The translations under genes and the position numbers were made by a program. The notes beneath the pieces were generated by a model. The model was not told the DNA's origin and did no database searches. It was given only the letters and a program-made list of their open reading frames with translations. From Candidatus Microgenomates bacterium (lineage in GTDB: Bacteria; Patescibacteriota; Microgenomatia; UBA8517): a stretch of 64,000 bases of DNA. Shown piece by piece: positions 19,689-30,058 of this stretch (position 1 is the first letter of the stretch; every line of letters starts with the position of its first letter). Location of the stretch: contig JBEKNE010000001.1 of NCBI GenBank assembly GCA_049523135.1, positions 455,009 to 519,008 of the forward strand, given 5' to 3'.

Positions 19689-20111
19689 CCTGTTTTTGCT
19701 GTTGCTTTGCCATCAACCTGCGCCCATCCACACCATCCTCTGGCTGCATATCTTGCTTGGTCATTAGAATCAACTTTTTTACAAGGACGCCTTCTTTAAA
19801 AGAATCGCATCCTTGGAAAAATTTGTAATTTGTGATTCTTCAATAGCCATGTCACCTCCATGTTTGAGACCAAGTTTAGCTGCTTTTATTAATCCATCAT
19901 TTGGAAACATGATGTCTTGTAGTTCGGGTTGAAAATATTTTAATTTTTATGACATAAAATTGATCTCAAATTTACTATATGCGGATATTACATTTTAATT
20001 ATCAGAAAAGCAAATATTATTCTGGCCTGGGTAACAAAATTATAAAGATTCCTCAATAGTAATTTTTAATCCTTTTCTGTTGAGAACATCTGTAAGTGTA
20101 TTCATAAACTC

Positions 20112-20498
20112 TTACTGTGTTGCAAAGTGTCCTTCCGGGTATATATGCACAGCCACAATGGTTTCATTGCCTATTGCGCTTCCGTCACTGAAAAAGCCAT
20201 CAGTTAAACCATTGAATGGCAAACCTATTAAATGGCAGGCCTTTTGTGAAACGTTTTCACCGTGATTTAGTTCCAATTCGAGTAGGTTTGTTTGGACAAG
20301 TGTTTTAAGGGAATCTTCACTTTCACTATTGACGGAAAGGGGGATCGCAATTGATTTATCTACCAAAATTCCCAAAAGTGATTTACCTTCTTCATTTTCA
20401 ATTTTCACCAACTTAGCGTGAGTAGAAAAGGTAACTTCCTTGTTTTTCTTGTCGAGTAATTCATTTATTACACCAACATATTTAGGATTAAGTTCCAT
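20112..20498 (-). CDS. hypothetical protein
   Basis: ORF only. The C-terminal ETIVAVHIYPEGH motif is reminiscent of, but does not fit, pyruvoyl-enzyme motifs. Confidence 0.3.
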   Translation of the reverse strand: MELNPKYVGVINELLDKKNKEVTFSTHAKLVKIENEEGKSLLGILVDKSIAIPLSVNSESEDSLKTLVQTNLLELELNHGENVSQKACHLIGLPFNGLTDGFFSDGSAIGNETIVAVHIYPEGHFATQ

Positions 20499-20559
20499 AG
20501 GAGCACATATTGTAGCACCCTTTATGTATTTTGTAAATACTACAGGATAAAAGTGGGGT

Positions 20560-21045
20560 TTATAAATTATTAAGTGTCCAAAATGCTGTTGCAGGAATTG
20601 GACAGAAAAAAGAAAGGGTAACGGGTTTTATTTGATATTTGATATTCGATTCACCGGAAACCCTTCTGTTAATTATTACCAACAGGTTGGCCGTATTAAT
20701 TACCGGACACGGATCGGAAAGACTAAGGCATACGGGGACTGTCCTGTCAAATCTGTTTAAAATATTAGTGTAATAATTTTGTATCATCTTGCCGTTTGCA
20801 TATTCTGTATCGGCATTTTCGTTATAAGGCATATTTGTGTGGATATATATTCCGGGTTTGTAATGGTAATAATTGGGTGTGCTTAAGACACTTACAAAGG
20901 AAAAGGATAGATCCTTTGTTAGGCGAACATTGTCCGAGATATAGGTATATGAATCGATTCTGTTTCCGTCAATAGTTTGTCGGATAGCATCGTGCCACCA
21001 TTTAGGCGCATAATACTCGTTTTTATCATCATACCTTTCCAACAT
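20560..21045 (-). CDS. hypothetical protein
   Basis: ORF only. Lies upstream of 20112..20498 on the same strand. Confidence 0.3.
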   Translation of the reverse strand: MLERYDDKNEYYAPKWWHDAIRQTIDGNRIDSYTYISDNVRLTKDLSFSFVSVLSTPNYYHYKPGIYIHTNMPYNENADTEYANGKMIQNYYTNILNRFDRTVPVCLSLSDPCPVINTANLLVIINRRVSGESNIKYQIKPVTLSFFCPIPATAFWTLNNL

Positions 21046-21128
21046 GGTTGCATCTTACACTTATTTTCGACCATTTTCAGAATGTTGTATAATTGTGAAC
21101 CACCGAATGAAACCGGCGGGAACATTGC

Positions 21129-24041
21129 ATGGAGAACTATATCAAAATACGCGGGGCCAGACAGCACAATCTTAAAAATATTGATTTGGATATTCCAAAA
21201 AATAAGCTCGTTATTTTAACGGGCGTATCCGGGAGTGGAAAAAGCTCTTTGGCTTTCGATACATTGTATGCGGAAGGTCAGAGACGTTATGTTGAATCTC
21301 TTTCTTCATATGCCCGTCAATTTTTGGGGATAATGGAAAAGCCCGATGCGGATTCAATTGAGGGGCTTTCTCCGGCAATTTCAATAGACCAAAAGACGAC
21401 TTCCCACAATCCACGTTCAACTGTCGGAACGGTTACCGAAATTTACGATTATTTAAGGCTTCTTTTTGCCAGAATCGGGCATCCCCATTGTCCTATCTGT
21501 GGAAGAGAAATTTCTCATCAAACACTTGATCAGATTGTTGATCAAGCACTCGGTTTAATAGAAAAAACTGCCAAAGAAGATAAAAAAGCCTGGTTTTTGG
21601 TTCTTTCCCCAATGGTTGAAGCCCGAAAAGGAGAATTCTCACAGCTTTTTGAAAATTTAAAAAGCAAAGGCTACAGACAAGTCAGAATTGACGGCTATAT
21701 TCACGATTTATCGGAAGACCTTATTTTAATCAAAACAAATAAACATACAATTGAAGCTGTAACCGACAGGATTGTTCTCTCCTTAGACAGTTTTAAGAAG
21801 CCGGATTCAAAATCGGAAATTAAGAATAGATTAGCGGATTCAATCCAGCAAGCACTTAATTTATCAGAAGGTGTGGCCAAACTTACTCATGTTCTTGATA
21901 AGGAGTTTACAATGCCGGTTTCTCCAAAGAAATTTGAAGATCATCTTTTCTCAGAGCGCTTTGCCTGTCCAGTGGACAATATCAGTCTTCCAGAAATAGA
22001 ACCAAGATCTTTTTCCTTTAACTCACCACAAGGCGCATGCCCAACATGTACGGGACTTGGGAAAATCTTAAAGGCAGAGCCCGATCTTATTTTTTCACCC
22101 GAACTTTCAATAATGGAGGGGGGAATTTTACCTTTTTCCAATATGTATGAGCATGAAACCTGGTACGGAAGAATAATTAAACAAATGTGTGAGGATAACG
22201 GAATTAATATGCATAAAGCCATCAAGGATTTGCCGGAAAAAGAAATGAATATTTTATTGTATGGTACCGGGGACCGGAAATACCATGTTTACGGAACGAA
22301 CAGGTTTGGCCGTGAGACCTATATTTGGCAGGATTTCCACGGATTTGTTGCTGAGCTAGAAAGAAGGTATTCGGAATCCGAAAGCGATTGGGTTAAAGAA
22401 GAAATCAGAAAGTATATGAGAGAAAAACTTTGCCCCGAATGTAACGGATTAAGACTTAAAAAGGAAGCCCTTTCCATAACGATAGGAGGGTTTTCCATCG
22501 CAGATGTTACGGCGTTTTCCATACTTACGGCTATTGACTGGGTAAAATCCCTTGAGCAAACAAACATAACCAATACAAGAGAAAAAGAAATAGCAAGACT
22601 AATCATTAAAGAAACGGTGGGAAGACTTAAGTTTTTGGTATCGGTCGGACTGGAGTATTTAACCCTTAATAGAGTTGCAGGTTCTCTTTCCGGGGGAGAA
22701 GCGCAAAGAATCAGACTGGCAAGTCAGATCGGTTCTGGGTTAACCGGTGTTCTTTATGTTTTGGACGAACCTACAATAGGTCTTCACCCCAGAGATGATC
22801 AGAAACTAATCGATACGCTTAAAAACCTTCGGGATTTGGGAAATTCCGTAATCGTGGTCGAGCATGATGCGACAATGATGAAGCAAAGCGATTGGATTGC
22901 CGATTTTGGACCTGGTGCAGGCAAACGTGGCGGTGAAGTCGTTGCGGTCGGAACCCCCAGGGAGATTATGAATAACCCTAAATCGTTAACCGGCAAATAT
23001 TTATCGGGTAAGAAAAAAATCGAATTGCCTTCAAATCAGCTTAAAATTGAGAATACACAAAAATTAAAGCTCATTGGCGCAAATTTATATAATTTAAAAA
23101 ATATCGATGTCGGATTTCCTCTTGGTAAACTTGTGGCTATAACGGGAGTCTCAGGATCGGGTAAATCAACACTGCTTGTTGAAACGCTTTTCCCCGCATT
23201 GCAAAAAGAGCTTAATCCAAACTATCGCGGTGAAACGGGCGGTTATAAAAAGATTGAAGGTCTGGAAAACATCGATAAAGCCATACTAATCGACCAAAGT
23301 CCGATAGGAAGAACCCCAAGAAGCAACCCCGCAACGTACACGGGGCTTTTTGATCCGATCCGGGATGTTTTTACAGCAACTCATGACGCCAAGGCTGCAG
23401 GATTCAAAAAAGGGAGATTTTCTTTTAATGTCAGAGGCGGAAGATGTGAGGCTTGCGAGGGCCAAGGACAAATAAAAATTGAAATGCAGTTCATGAGCGA
23501 TATCTGGGTTACATGCGATGTCTGTCACGGAAAGCGCTACAACGAGCAAACCTTGGAAATTACATATAGAGGTAAGAATATTGCGGAAGTACTTGGAATG
23601 ACTGTTGATGAAGCCTTGGAGTTTTTCCATGCGCACCTGCAAATTGAAAGCAAACTTGAGACATTATCTCTTGTCGGACTTGGATATATAGAATTGGGAC
23701 AACCGGCAACAACACTTTCCGGTGGGGAAGCACAAAGAGTTAAACTGGCAACGGAACTTTCTAGGAGGGAAACCGGCCGAACAGTTTATATACTCGATGA
23801 ACCGACAACCGGCCTTCACTTTGCCGATGTTGAAAGGCTAATGCGAGTATTAAAATTACTCGTATCTAAGGGTAACTCGGTTTTTGTAATTGAGCACAAC
23901 TTAGACGTAATTAGAAACAGTGATTATATTATTGATTTGGGACCTGAAGGGGGAGACGCAGGGGGAAAAGTTGTAGCAACTGGAAAACCTTCCGATGTTG
24001 CAAAGGTTAAAACTTCATATACAGGAGAATATTTAAAGTAA
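21129..24041 (+). CDS. uvrA: excinuclease ABC subunit A
   Basis: Two ABC modules (GVSGSGKSSL and GVSGSGKSTL), LSGGEAQR signatures, and zinc-finger cysteines. Confidence 0.95.
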   Translation: MENYIKIRGARQHNLKNIDLDIPKNKLVILTGVSGSGKSSLAFDTLYAEGQRRYVESLSSYARQFLGIMEKPDADSIEGLSPAISIDQKTTSHNPRSTVGTVTEIYDYLRLLFARIGHPHCPICGREISHQTLDQIVDQALGLIEKTAKEDKKAWFLVLSPMVEARKGEFSQLFENLKSKGYRQVRIDGYIHDLSEDLILIKTNKHTIEAVTDRIVLSLDSFKKPDSKSEIKNRLADSIQQALNLSEGVAKLTHVLDKEFTMPVSPKKFEDHLFSERFACPVDNISLPEIEPRSFSFNSPQGACPTCTGLGKILKAEPDLIFSPELSIMEGGILPFSNMYEHETWYGRIIKQMCEDNGINMHKAIKDLPEKEMNILLYGTGDRKYHVYGTNRFGRETYIWQDFHGFVAELERRYSESESDWVKEEIRKYMREKLCPECNGLRLKKEALSITIGGFSIADVTAFSILTAIDWVKSLEQTNITNTREKEIARLIIKETVGRLKFLVSVGLEYLTLNRVAGSLSGGEAQRIRLASQIGSGLTGVLYVLDEPTIGLHPRDDQKLIDTLKNLRDLGNSVIVVEHDATMMKQSDWIADFGPGAGKRGGEVVAVGTPREIMNNPKSLTGKYLSGKKKIELPSNQLKIENTQKLKLIGANLYNLKNIDVGFPLGKLVAITGVSGSGKSTLLVETLFPALQKELNPNYRGETGGYKKIEGLENIDKAILIDQSPIGRTPRSNPATYTGLFDPIRDVFTATHDAKAAGFKKGRFSFNVRGGRCEACEGQGQIKIEMQFMSDIWVTCDVCHGKRYNEQTLEITYRGKNIAEVLGMTVDEALEFFHAHLQIESKLETLSLVGLGYIELGQPATTLSGGEAQRVKLATELSRRETGRTVYILDEPTTGLHFADVERLMRVLKLLVSKGNSVFVIEHNLDVIRNSDYIIDLGPEGGDAGGKVVATGKPSDVAKVKTSYTGEYLK

Positions 24042-24123
24042 AAATTACTTGCCTGGATGAACATATTGATTTCGATTTCTCGATTTCTTTATATCCATCC
24101 AGGACTTTAGTCGCTTGCAAATG

Positions 24124-24810
24124 TTACTTTACTTTTTTGGGCAATTCGCACAACTTTATATAAAAATCATCAAGAGGATATTTTGATTTTGCTAGATAAA
24201 AAAGTCTTATCCTTGGTTCATTTGGAAAGGTTTCATCTACACAGCAAAATAGGGAATTATCAACATACTTGATTATAGAGTTAATTGACTCAGTCGTATA
24301 ATCCATGCGTATTGCTATGTAAATTTTCTTGATTAATTCACTTGCCTGATCATACCCCGGATTGCCTCTTTTTATTCGGCGCATAAAATTATTTGCTGCC
24401 TGACATAATGAAGCTTCTACCAATGTTTGATCGGTAAGTTTAAGACGTTTCCATGTTGGTATATATTTAATGAACTTCTTTGCTGCAGAGAACGTATAGT
24501 AGACATAGAAACAAAATACAATTGTCACAATCAAAAACCAAATAGTTTCTATAGACAGCAAGGGTAGATACGCCACATGCTCTAAAAAAACAGATACCAT
24601 CATGTTTCCTAACATGAACAAAGTAAAGATTGTCCAATAAACTAAATCAGTTATCAGATATCGGAAATAACTTCTTTCAAACATTTTTACCTCCCGGCAT
24701 TTCGCCAAATAGTTGTAGTCTGTATTCAGGCTATATCCGCCAAACAGACTTTTTAATGTAAACGTGCAAGCGACTGTGGGGATATTACCACAAACTATAG
24801 GTTTTGTCAA
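24124..24810 (-). CDS. hypothetical membrane protein
   Basis: Two TM helices. The likely start is an internal Met (~24684). Confidence 0.35.
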   Translation of the reverse strand: MTKPIVCGNIPTVACTFTLKSLFGGYSLNTDYNYLAKCREVKMFERSYFRYLITDLVYWTIFTLFMLGNMMVSVFLEHVAYLPLLSIETIWFLIVTIVFCFYVYYTFSAAKKFIKYIPTWKRLKLTDQTLVEASLCQAANNFMRRIKRGNPGYDQASELIKKIYIAIRMDYTTESINSIIKYVDNSLFCCVDETFPNEPRIRLFYLAKSKYPLDDFYIKLCELPKKVK

Positions 24811-24851
24811 GGCTAATGGGAACGCAAAAGGTTTTAGGTTATACTTAGATT

Positions 24852-26756
24852 ATGAAATTTTGGAGAATTTTAATTGTTTTAATAATTACCATCTTTTTAT
24901 TTCTATTTAATGCAGGTTTTGTCCACGCTGATGATAATTTTTCTGTTGATTCAAACGTTACCTATGATGTTCAGTCTTCAGGAACAACTTTTGTAAGTCA
25001 CAACGTAACTTTGGAGAATAATTTTTCGACTCTTTACGCCACGACTTATACGCTTGATTTGGAAAATATCGACGCACAAAATATACAAGCTAAAGATTCC
25101 GCAGGAAATATTCTGACAACGGATGTTCAAAAAAACGGCAACCAGACAAATATAAATGTCACTTTTTCGGATGCCGTTGTTGGTAAGGGTGCCCAAAGGC
25201 ATTTTACAATCACCTACCAAAACAACAGTTTTGCAGTAAAAACCGGTGAGATATGGGAAATTTCTATACCAAAACTTGATCAGAATAGTGACTTTAGAAA
25301 TTATCAGGTTGTATTAGAGGTACCCACGGCATTTGGTATGGAAGCTTATATTTCGCCAAAAGCCGAAAATACTCAAAATACAGGTCAGGAGTATATCTAT
25401 ACATTTAGCAAAAATGACATTACTCAAACCGGAGTTACTGCCGGTTTCGGACAATTCCAGGTTTTTTCGTTTAATCTAACCTACCACCTAGAAAATGCTT
25501 TATCAAAGAGCGCACAAACACAAATTGCACTTCCACCCGATACTGCTTTCCAAAAAGTATATTTGCAAAAAATAGACCCCAAACCAGTAAATGTTACTGT
25601 TGATCCGGACGGAAACTGGATTGCTATATACAATCTTTCCGCAAGACAGAGGGTGGATGTTAACGCTTTAGGTTCCGTACAAATTTTTGCAAGTTACAGA
25701 TCATTTCCAAAACCTACAGCCCAAGAACTGGCAGATGATCTAAAACCTACTGAATATTGGCAAGTAAATGATCCTCAAATAAAAGCCTTGGCTGCGCAAC
25801 TTAAAACTCCGAAAGCAATTTATGATTATGTTTCTACAACTCTTAAATATGATGTTGCCAGAGTTCAGCCTGATGTTCAGAGAATGGGGGCGGTTAAAGC
25901 GCTTCAGAATCCCGATCAGGCAATTTGTATGGAATATACGGATCTTTTTATAGCTATTGCCAGAGCTGCCGGAATCCCTGCGCGCGAGATCAATGGTTAT
26001 GCCTATACGGAAAATCCCGATTTACAACCTCTTAGCCTTGTTGCTGATGTTCTTCATTCATGGCCGGAATACTATGATAAAGAAAACCAAGTTTGGGTTC
26101 CGATTGACCCGACCTGGGCATCAACCAGCGGAGGAGTTGATTATTTTGATAAACTTGATTTAAGGCATTTTGTATTCGTGGTTCATGGTGAAAGCGATAC
26201 AACTCCTTACCCGCCCGGTTCATATAAACTTGGACCGAATCCTCAAAAAGATGTTTATGTTTCTTTTGGTACGCTTCCGAACGATAGAACAAGTACTCCC
26301 GGTGTCTCAATTACTGCCGTAAGAACCCTCCCTTTCTTTAGCTCCATTTATTCGGCTGCTATTCAAAACCCGGGCCCTGAAGCTTTATATTCAATTTACC
26401 CGACCGTATACTTCGACGGAAAAGAAACAAGCCGCGATTATGTTCAAGTATTGCCACCTTTTTCCAATTATCAAATGTCGATTAATGTTCCGTTTTCGCT
26501 GCTCGGTAAGAATTCTCCAAGTGTGATTGCTGTAGAAGTGGGCGTAACTACTGCAAAAGTTCCGACCAATAAAAATCAAATAATAATAAATAGTCTTTTA
26601 GTTATATCGATTCTCCTGATACTAATAATATTTGTTGTTTTGATTAGACTTAAAAAAATAACATTTAGCCGGTTTTTTGCTACAATAGCCTCTGTAAAGC
26701 AAAAAATACATGACAAATTTATTAAAAGACCTCCCCAAGATCGGGTTAACACCTAA
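24852..26756 (+). CDS. secreted/membrane-anchored transglutaminase-like cysteine protease domain protein
   Basis: Signal peptide and a C-terminal TM helix. Cys-His-Asp core: QAICMEYTDLF ... HSWPEYY ... IDPTW. Confidence 0.65.
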   Translation: MKFWRILIVLIITIFLFLFNAGFVHADDNFSVDSNVTYDVQSSGTTFVSHNVTLENNFSTLYATTYTLDLENIDAQNIQAKDSAGNILTTDVQKNGNQTNINVTFSDAVVGKGAQRHFTITYQNNSFAVKTGEIWEISIPKLDQNSDFRNYQVVLEVPTAFGMEAYISPKAENTQNTGQEYIYTFSKNDITQTGVTAGFGQFQVFSFNLTYHLENALSKSAQTQIALPPDTAFQKVYLQKIDPKPVNVTVDPDGNWIAIYNLSARQRVDVNALGSVQIFASYRSFPKPTAQELADDLKPTEYWQVNDPQIKALAAQLKTPKAIYDYVSTTLKYDVARVQPDVQRMGAVKALQNPDQAICMEYTDLFIAIARAAGIPAREINGYAYTENPDLQPLSLVADVLHSWPEYYDKENQVWVPIDPTWASTSGGVDYFDKLDLRHFVFVVHGESDTTPYPPGSYKLGPNPQKDVYVSFGTLPNDRTSTPGVSITAVRTLPFFSSIYSAAIQNPGPEALYSIYPTVYFDGKETSRDYVQVLPPFSNYQMSINVPFSLLGKNSPSVIAVEVGVTTAKVPTNKNQIIINSLLVISILLILIIFVVLIRLKKITFSRFFATIASVKQKIHDKFIKRPPQDRVNT

Positions 26757-28053
26757 AATTTACCTTTCTTTGCCGGAAACAGCAGGAATTTATGTCTTTT
26801 TCAAAGATTCCAAACCTATTTATATAGGCAAGGCAATAAATCTTAAAAGAAGGGTTTCTTCATATTTTGATATTAATTTAGAGATCAAAACAGGCAGGAT
26901 GATCAGTGAGGCCGACGAACTATCCTTTATTCAAGTTGAGTCTGAACTGGAAGCGCTTTTACTTGAAGCAAAATTAATTCATACATACATGCCAAAATAT
27001 AATATTGTTGCAAAAGACGATAAACACCCACTTTATATTCAAATAACAAGGGAAAAATACCCCAGAATTGTAACCGCCAGAAAAATCTCCGAGAAACAAA
27101 AAAATATAGCTTTTTACGGACCCTTTCCCTCAACAAGAAACATCACATCGGTTTTAAGGATGCTTAGACATATTTTTCCCTTTTCTGATCATAAAATCGG
27201 TAAGCGCGCCTGTCTTTATTCACACATTGGTCTTTGTAACCCATGTCCGAATGAGATAGAAATTTTGACTGATGTTAGCCTTAAGGAAAGCAAAAGAAAA
27301 ATCTATCTTAAAAATATTAGCAATTTAAAGTCGGTTTTGGACGGAAATATTTTTACCGTTAAAACACATTTAACACACGATATGGAAGGATATTCAAATA
27401 AAAAAGACTTTGAAAATGCGGCGACGGTCCGTGATCAAATTCAGAAGCTCATATATATAACACAGTCACAAATGCCGACGGAATATTATATGGAAAACCC
27501 CAATTTATTGGAAGATGTTCGAAAAAAGGAATTGAGGGAATTAGCCAATATTCTAAATAAATATAAACTGGGAATCAAAAGGCTTAAACGGGTGGAATGC
27601 TTCGATGTTGCACACCTTGCCGGTGCAAACGCTACGGCCTCAATGGTTACTTTTACTAATGGCGAACCCGATAAAACCTATTACCGGCATTTCAGAATCA
27701 GGCAAGGCGCGTCACAGGATGACTATGCTTCCATGAAAGAAGTCATCGCAAGACGCAAAAAACATTTCACCGATTGGGGAAGACCGGATCTTGTTATCGT
27801 AGACGGCGGGAAAGGGCAAGTTTCTGTATTTCTTAGAGAATTGCAGGGAGAAGAAATTCTTGTTATCGGTCTTGCCAAGAAATTTGAGACTTTGGTAATT
27901 CCAACAAAAGTCAGAAATACTATTAATCTTTCCGAGTTCAGACTAAAAAAGGGATGTGCGCTTAACTTTGTACAAAGGATCCGTGACGAAGCACACAGGT
28001 TTGCGCGCGAATATCATCACAAACTTTTTACCAGATCCTTAATTGGAAGCTAA
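26710..28053 (+). CDS. uvrC: excinuclease ABC subunit C (short form lacking HhH)
   Basis: GIY-YIG N-terminus (GIYVFF...IYIGKAINLKRRVSSY), UVR motif ATVRDQIQKL, and C-terminal RNase H-like endonuclease VIVDGGKGQ. Confidence 0.85.
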   Translation: MTNLLKDLPKIGLTPKIYLSLPETAGIYVFFKDSKPIYIGKAINLKRRVSSYFDINLEIKTGRMISEADELSFIQVESELEALLLEAKLIHTYMPKYNIVAKDDKHPLYIQITREKYPRIVTARKISEKQKNIAFYGPFPSTRNITSVLRMLRHIFPFSDHKIGKRACLYSHIGLCNPCPNEIEILTDVSLKESKRKIYLKNISNLKSVLDGNIFTVKTHLTHDMEGYSNKKDFENAATVRDQIQKLIYITQSQMPTEYYMENPNLLEDVRKKELRELANILNKYKLGIKRLKRVECFDVAHLAGANATASMVTFTNGEPDKTYYRHFRIRQGASQDDYASMKEVIARRKKHFTDWGRPDLVIVDGGKGQVSVFLRELQGEEILVIGLAKKFETLVIPTKVRNTINLSEFRLKKGCALNFVQRIRDEAHRFAREYHHKLFTRSLIGS

Positions 28054-28483
28054 ATTTCCTCCATGTTATACTGATTTAATGATAAGAGGATCCTTGAAAC
28101 ACTTTCTAATAAATTCTGCTGCACTTTATCTTGTATCCCTTACAGTCTCCGGAATGAGTTTTGAGAACGGCATAATCACACTGTTTTTAACAGGAATTGC
28201 TTTAACTTTAACCACTTTAATTGTCCGCCCTCTAATAAATATTTTATTATTACCAATAAATCTTGTTACTTTCGGATTTTTTAGATGGGTAGGTTTTGCA
28301 ATAGCTTTGTATGTCGTAACTTTGATTATCCCCGATTTTAAGATTGTGGAATTTGCTTTTAAAGGTCTTACCACTTATTGGGCTATAATTCCACCCGTCT
28401 ATTTAAGCGGAATACTTGCATTTATTGCCTTTTCTTTCGTGATTTCGTTTATATCTTCAATTGTTGCCTGGGTTCTCAAATAG
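28043..28483 (+). CDS. phage holin family 4-like (DUF360) membrane protein
   Basis: 4-TM pattern LINSAALYLVS...IVRPLINILLLPINLVTFGFF..VGF typical of this family. Confidence 0.5.
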   Translation: MEAKFPPCYTDLMIRGSLKHFLINSAALYLVSLTVSGMSFENGIITLFLTGIALTLTTLIVRPLINILLLPINLVTFGFFRWVGFAIALYVVTLIIPDFKIVEFAFKGLTTYWAIIPPVYLSGILAFIAFSFVISFISSIVAWVLK

Positions 28484-28513
28484 AGTCTTTTTAGAGTATA
28501 ATGAGCTTAGAAT

Positions 28514-28729
28514 ATGAAGGAGATTCTGACGATTGCACAAATCATTATTTCGCTTATTTTAGTGGGACTGATATTGATTCAGGCCCGAGGAACGGGATTT
28601 GGTAGATCTTCCGGATTTGGAGGAAGCACTTCTTTTAGCCGTAGGGGATTGGAAAAACTTGTTTTTCGACTCACTTTCATAACGGCTTTCTTATTCCTAG
28701 CTGTCGCAATCTTGCAGCTACTTTTCTAA
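28514..28729 (+). CDS. secG: preprotein translocase subunit SecG
   Basis: 71 aa, two TM helices flanking the Gly-rich loop GTGFGRSSGFGGSTSF. Confidence 0.75.
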   Translation: MKEILTIAQIIISLILVGLILIQARGTGFGRSSGFGGSTSFSRRGLEKLVFRLTFITAFLFLAVAILQLLF

Positions 28730-28735
28730 TTTTAA

Positions 28736-30055
28736 ATGCCAAATTTCCGATACATTGTAAGACTTATTGGAGCCTTTTTCTCAAGGTTCAAAATTTTAAT
28801 ATTGGCCGGGTTTTTTGTCGGGATTCTGTCTTTCTTTCTTTTGAAATTTATAACCCCACTAATAAATAACTCGCGAACGGAACGTATTGGTTTTACCGGT
28901 AGGTATACGGTAGACAGCTTGCCTCAATCTATTTTAGATATGGTTGGGAACGGATTAACCAAACTTGATGAAAATGGAAATGTAATTCCCGACCTTGCGT
29001 CTTCTTGGGAAACAACAGACGGGGGCAAAACCTGGATATTCACACTTAAAAATGAGCTTACATGGCAGGACGGTAAAAAAGTTATAAGTAAGGACATCAA
29101 TTACCAATTTTCGGATGTAACCGTCAGCAGGCCTGATGACAAAACAATTGTTTTTAAACTGCAAAGTGCATATTCGGCTTTTCCGTCTGTTGTTTCAAAA
29201 CCTACTTTTAAATCCGGACTTTTGGGAACGGGAAAGTGGAAAGTTACGGGCCTTTCACTAAACGGATCTATTGTTGAACAAATAGACATGACCTCCAGCG
29301 ATGAAGGTAATATTTCGTATAAATTTTATCCCACGGAGGACCTAACCAAACTGGCTTTTGAACTTGGAGAGGTGAACAAGTTAACCGATATTTTGGATCC
29401 TTCCCCTTTTGATTCGTGGTCTAAAGTTAAAATAGATAAAACTACAAATACAGGAGAATTTGTGGCTGTATTTTTCAATACACAATCTCTTTCCGATAAG
29501 AATTTACGCCAAGCACTATCTTATGCCATTAATAAAGATTCTTTGGGCGGCGAGAGGGCAATTAGTCCCATTTCGATAAGCTCATGGGCTTATAACTCCC
29601 AAGTAAAGCCTTACGATTACGATCCGGTCAAGGCCAAACAAATGATCGGTGATTACGAGAAAACCAATAAAGTCGATAGCGTTTCTCTAACGCTAACTAC
29701 TCCTCCGCTACTTCTTTCTCAGGCAGAAAGCATAACCAATGACTGGCAGGCTGTAGGTATTAATGTTAATTTGCAGGTTATTTCGGCAATTCCGACCGAT
29801 TATCAGGCTTTGCTTGCTATTTACGACATTCCTGATGACCCTGACCAATATTCAATTTGGCATTCAACTCAAGTTGCAACCAATATTACCCACTATTCAA
29901 ATGCCAGAATCGATAAACTCCTTGAAGACGGCAGAAGTGAAATTAATATTGAGGATAGAAAGCAAACCTACTTGGATTTTCAAAGATATTTGGTAGAAGA
30001 TTCTCCTGCAGCTTTTCTGTATTATCCTTTTAATTATACGATATCCAGAAGGTAA
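28736..30055 (+). CDS. membrane-anchored solute-binding protein family 5-like (oligopeptide-binding fold)
   Basis: N-terminal TM helix. LASSWETTDGGKTWIFTLKNELTWQDGK resembles the SBP_bac_5 N-lobe. Confidence 0.55.
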   Translation: MPNFRYIVRLIGAFFSRFKILILAGFFVGILSFFLLKFITPLINNSRTERIGFTGRYTVDSLPQSILDMVGNGLTKLDENGNVIPDLASSWETTDGGKTWIFTLKNELTWQDGKKVISKDINYQFSDVTVSRPDDKTIVFKLQSAYSAFPSVVSKPTFKSGLLGTGKWKVTGLSLNGSIVEQIDMTSSDEGNISYKFYPTEDLTKLAFELGEVNKLTDILDPSPFDSWSKVKIDKTTNTGEFVAVFFNTQSLSDKNLRQALSYAINKDSLGGERAISPISISSWAYNSQVKPYDYDPVKAKQMIGDYEKTNKVDSVSLTLTTPPLLLSQAESITNDWQAVGINVNLQVISAIPTDYQALLAIYDIPDDPDQYSIWHSTQVATNITHYSNARIDKLLEDGRSEINIEDRKQTYLDFQRYLVEDSPAAFLYYPFNYTISRR

Positions 30056-30058
30056 AAA

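Noticed and set aside
20112-20498. Possible S-adenosylmethionine decarboxylase (pyruvoyl) proenzyme because of ETIVAVHIYPEGH resembling ES-H.IH.WPE
   Set aside because: Motif order and spacing do not match SpeH/SpeD. Thr replaces the pyruvoyl-forming Ser. The N-terminus is unrelated. The in-frame continuation after the stop does not restore the family C-terminus.
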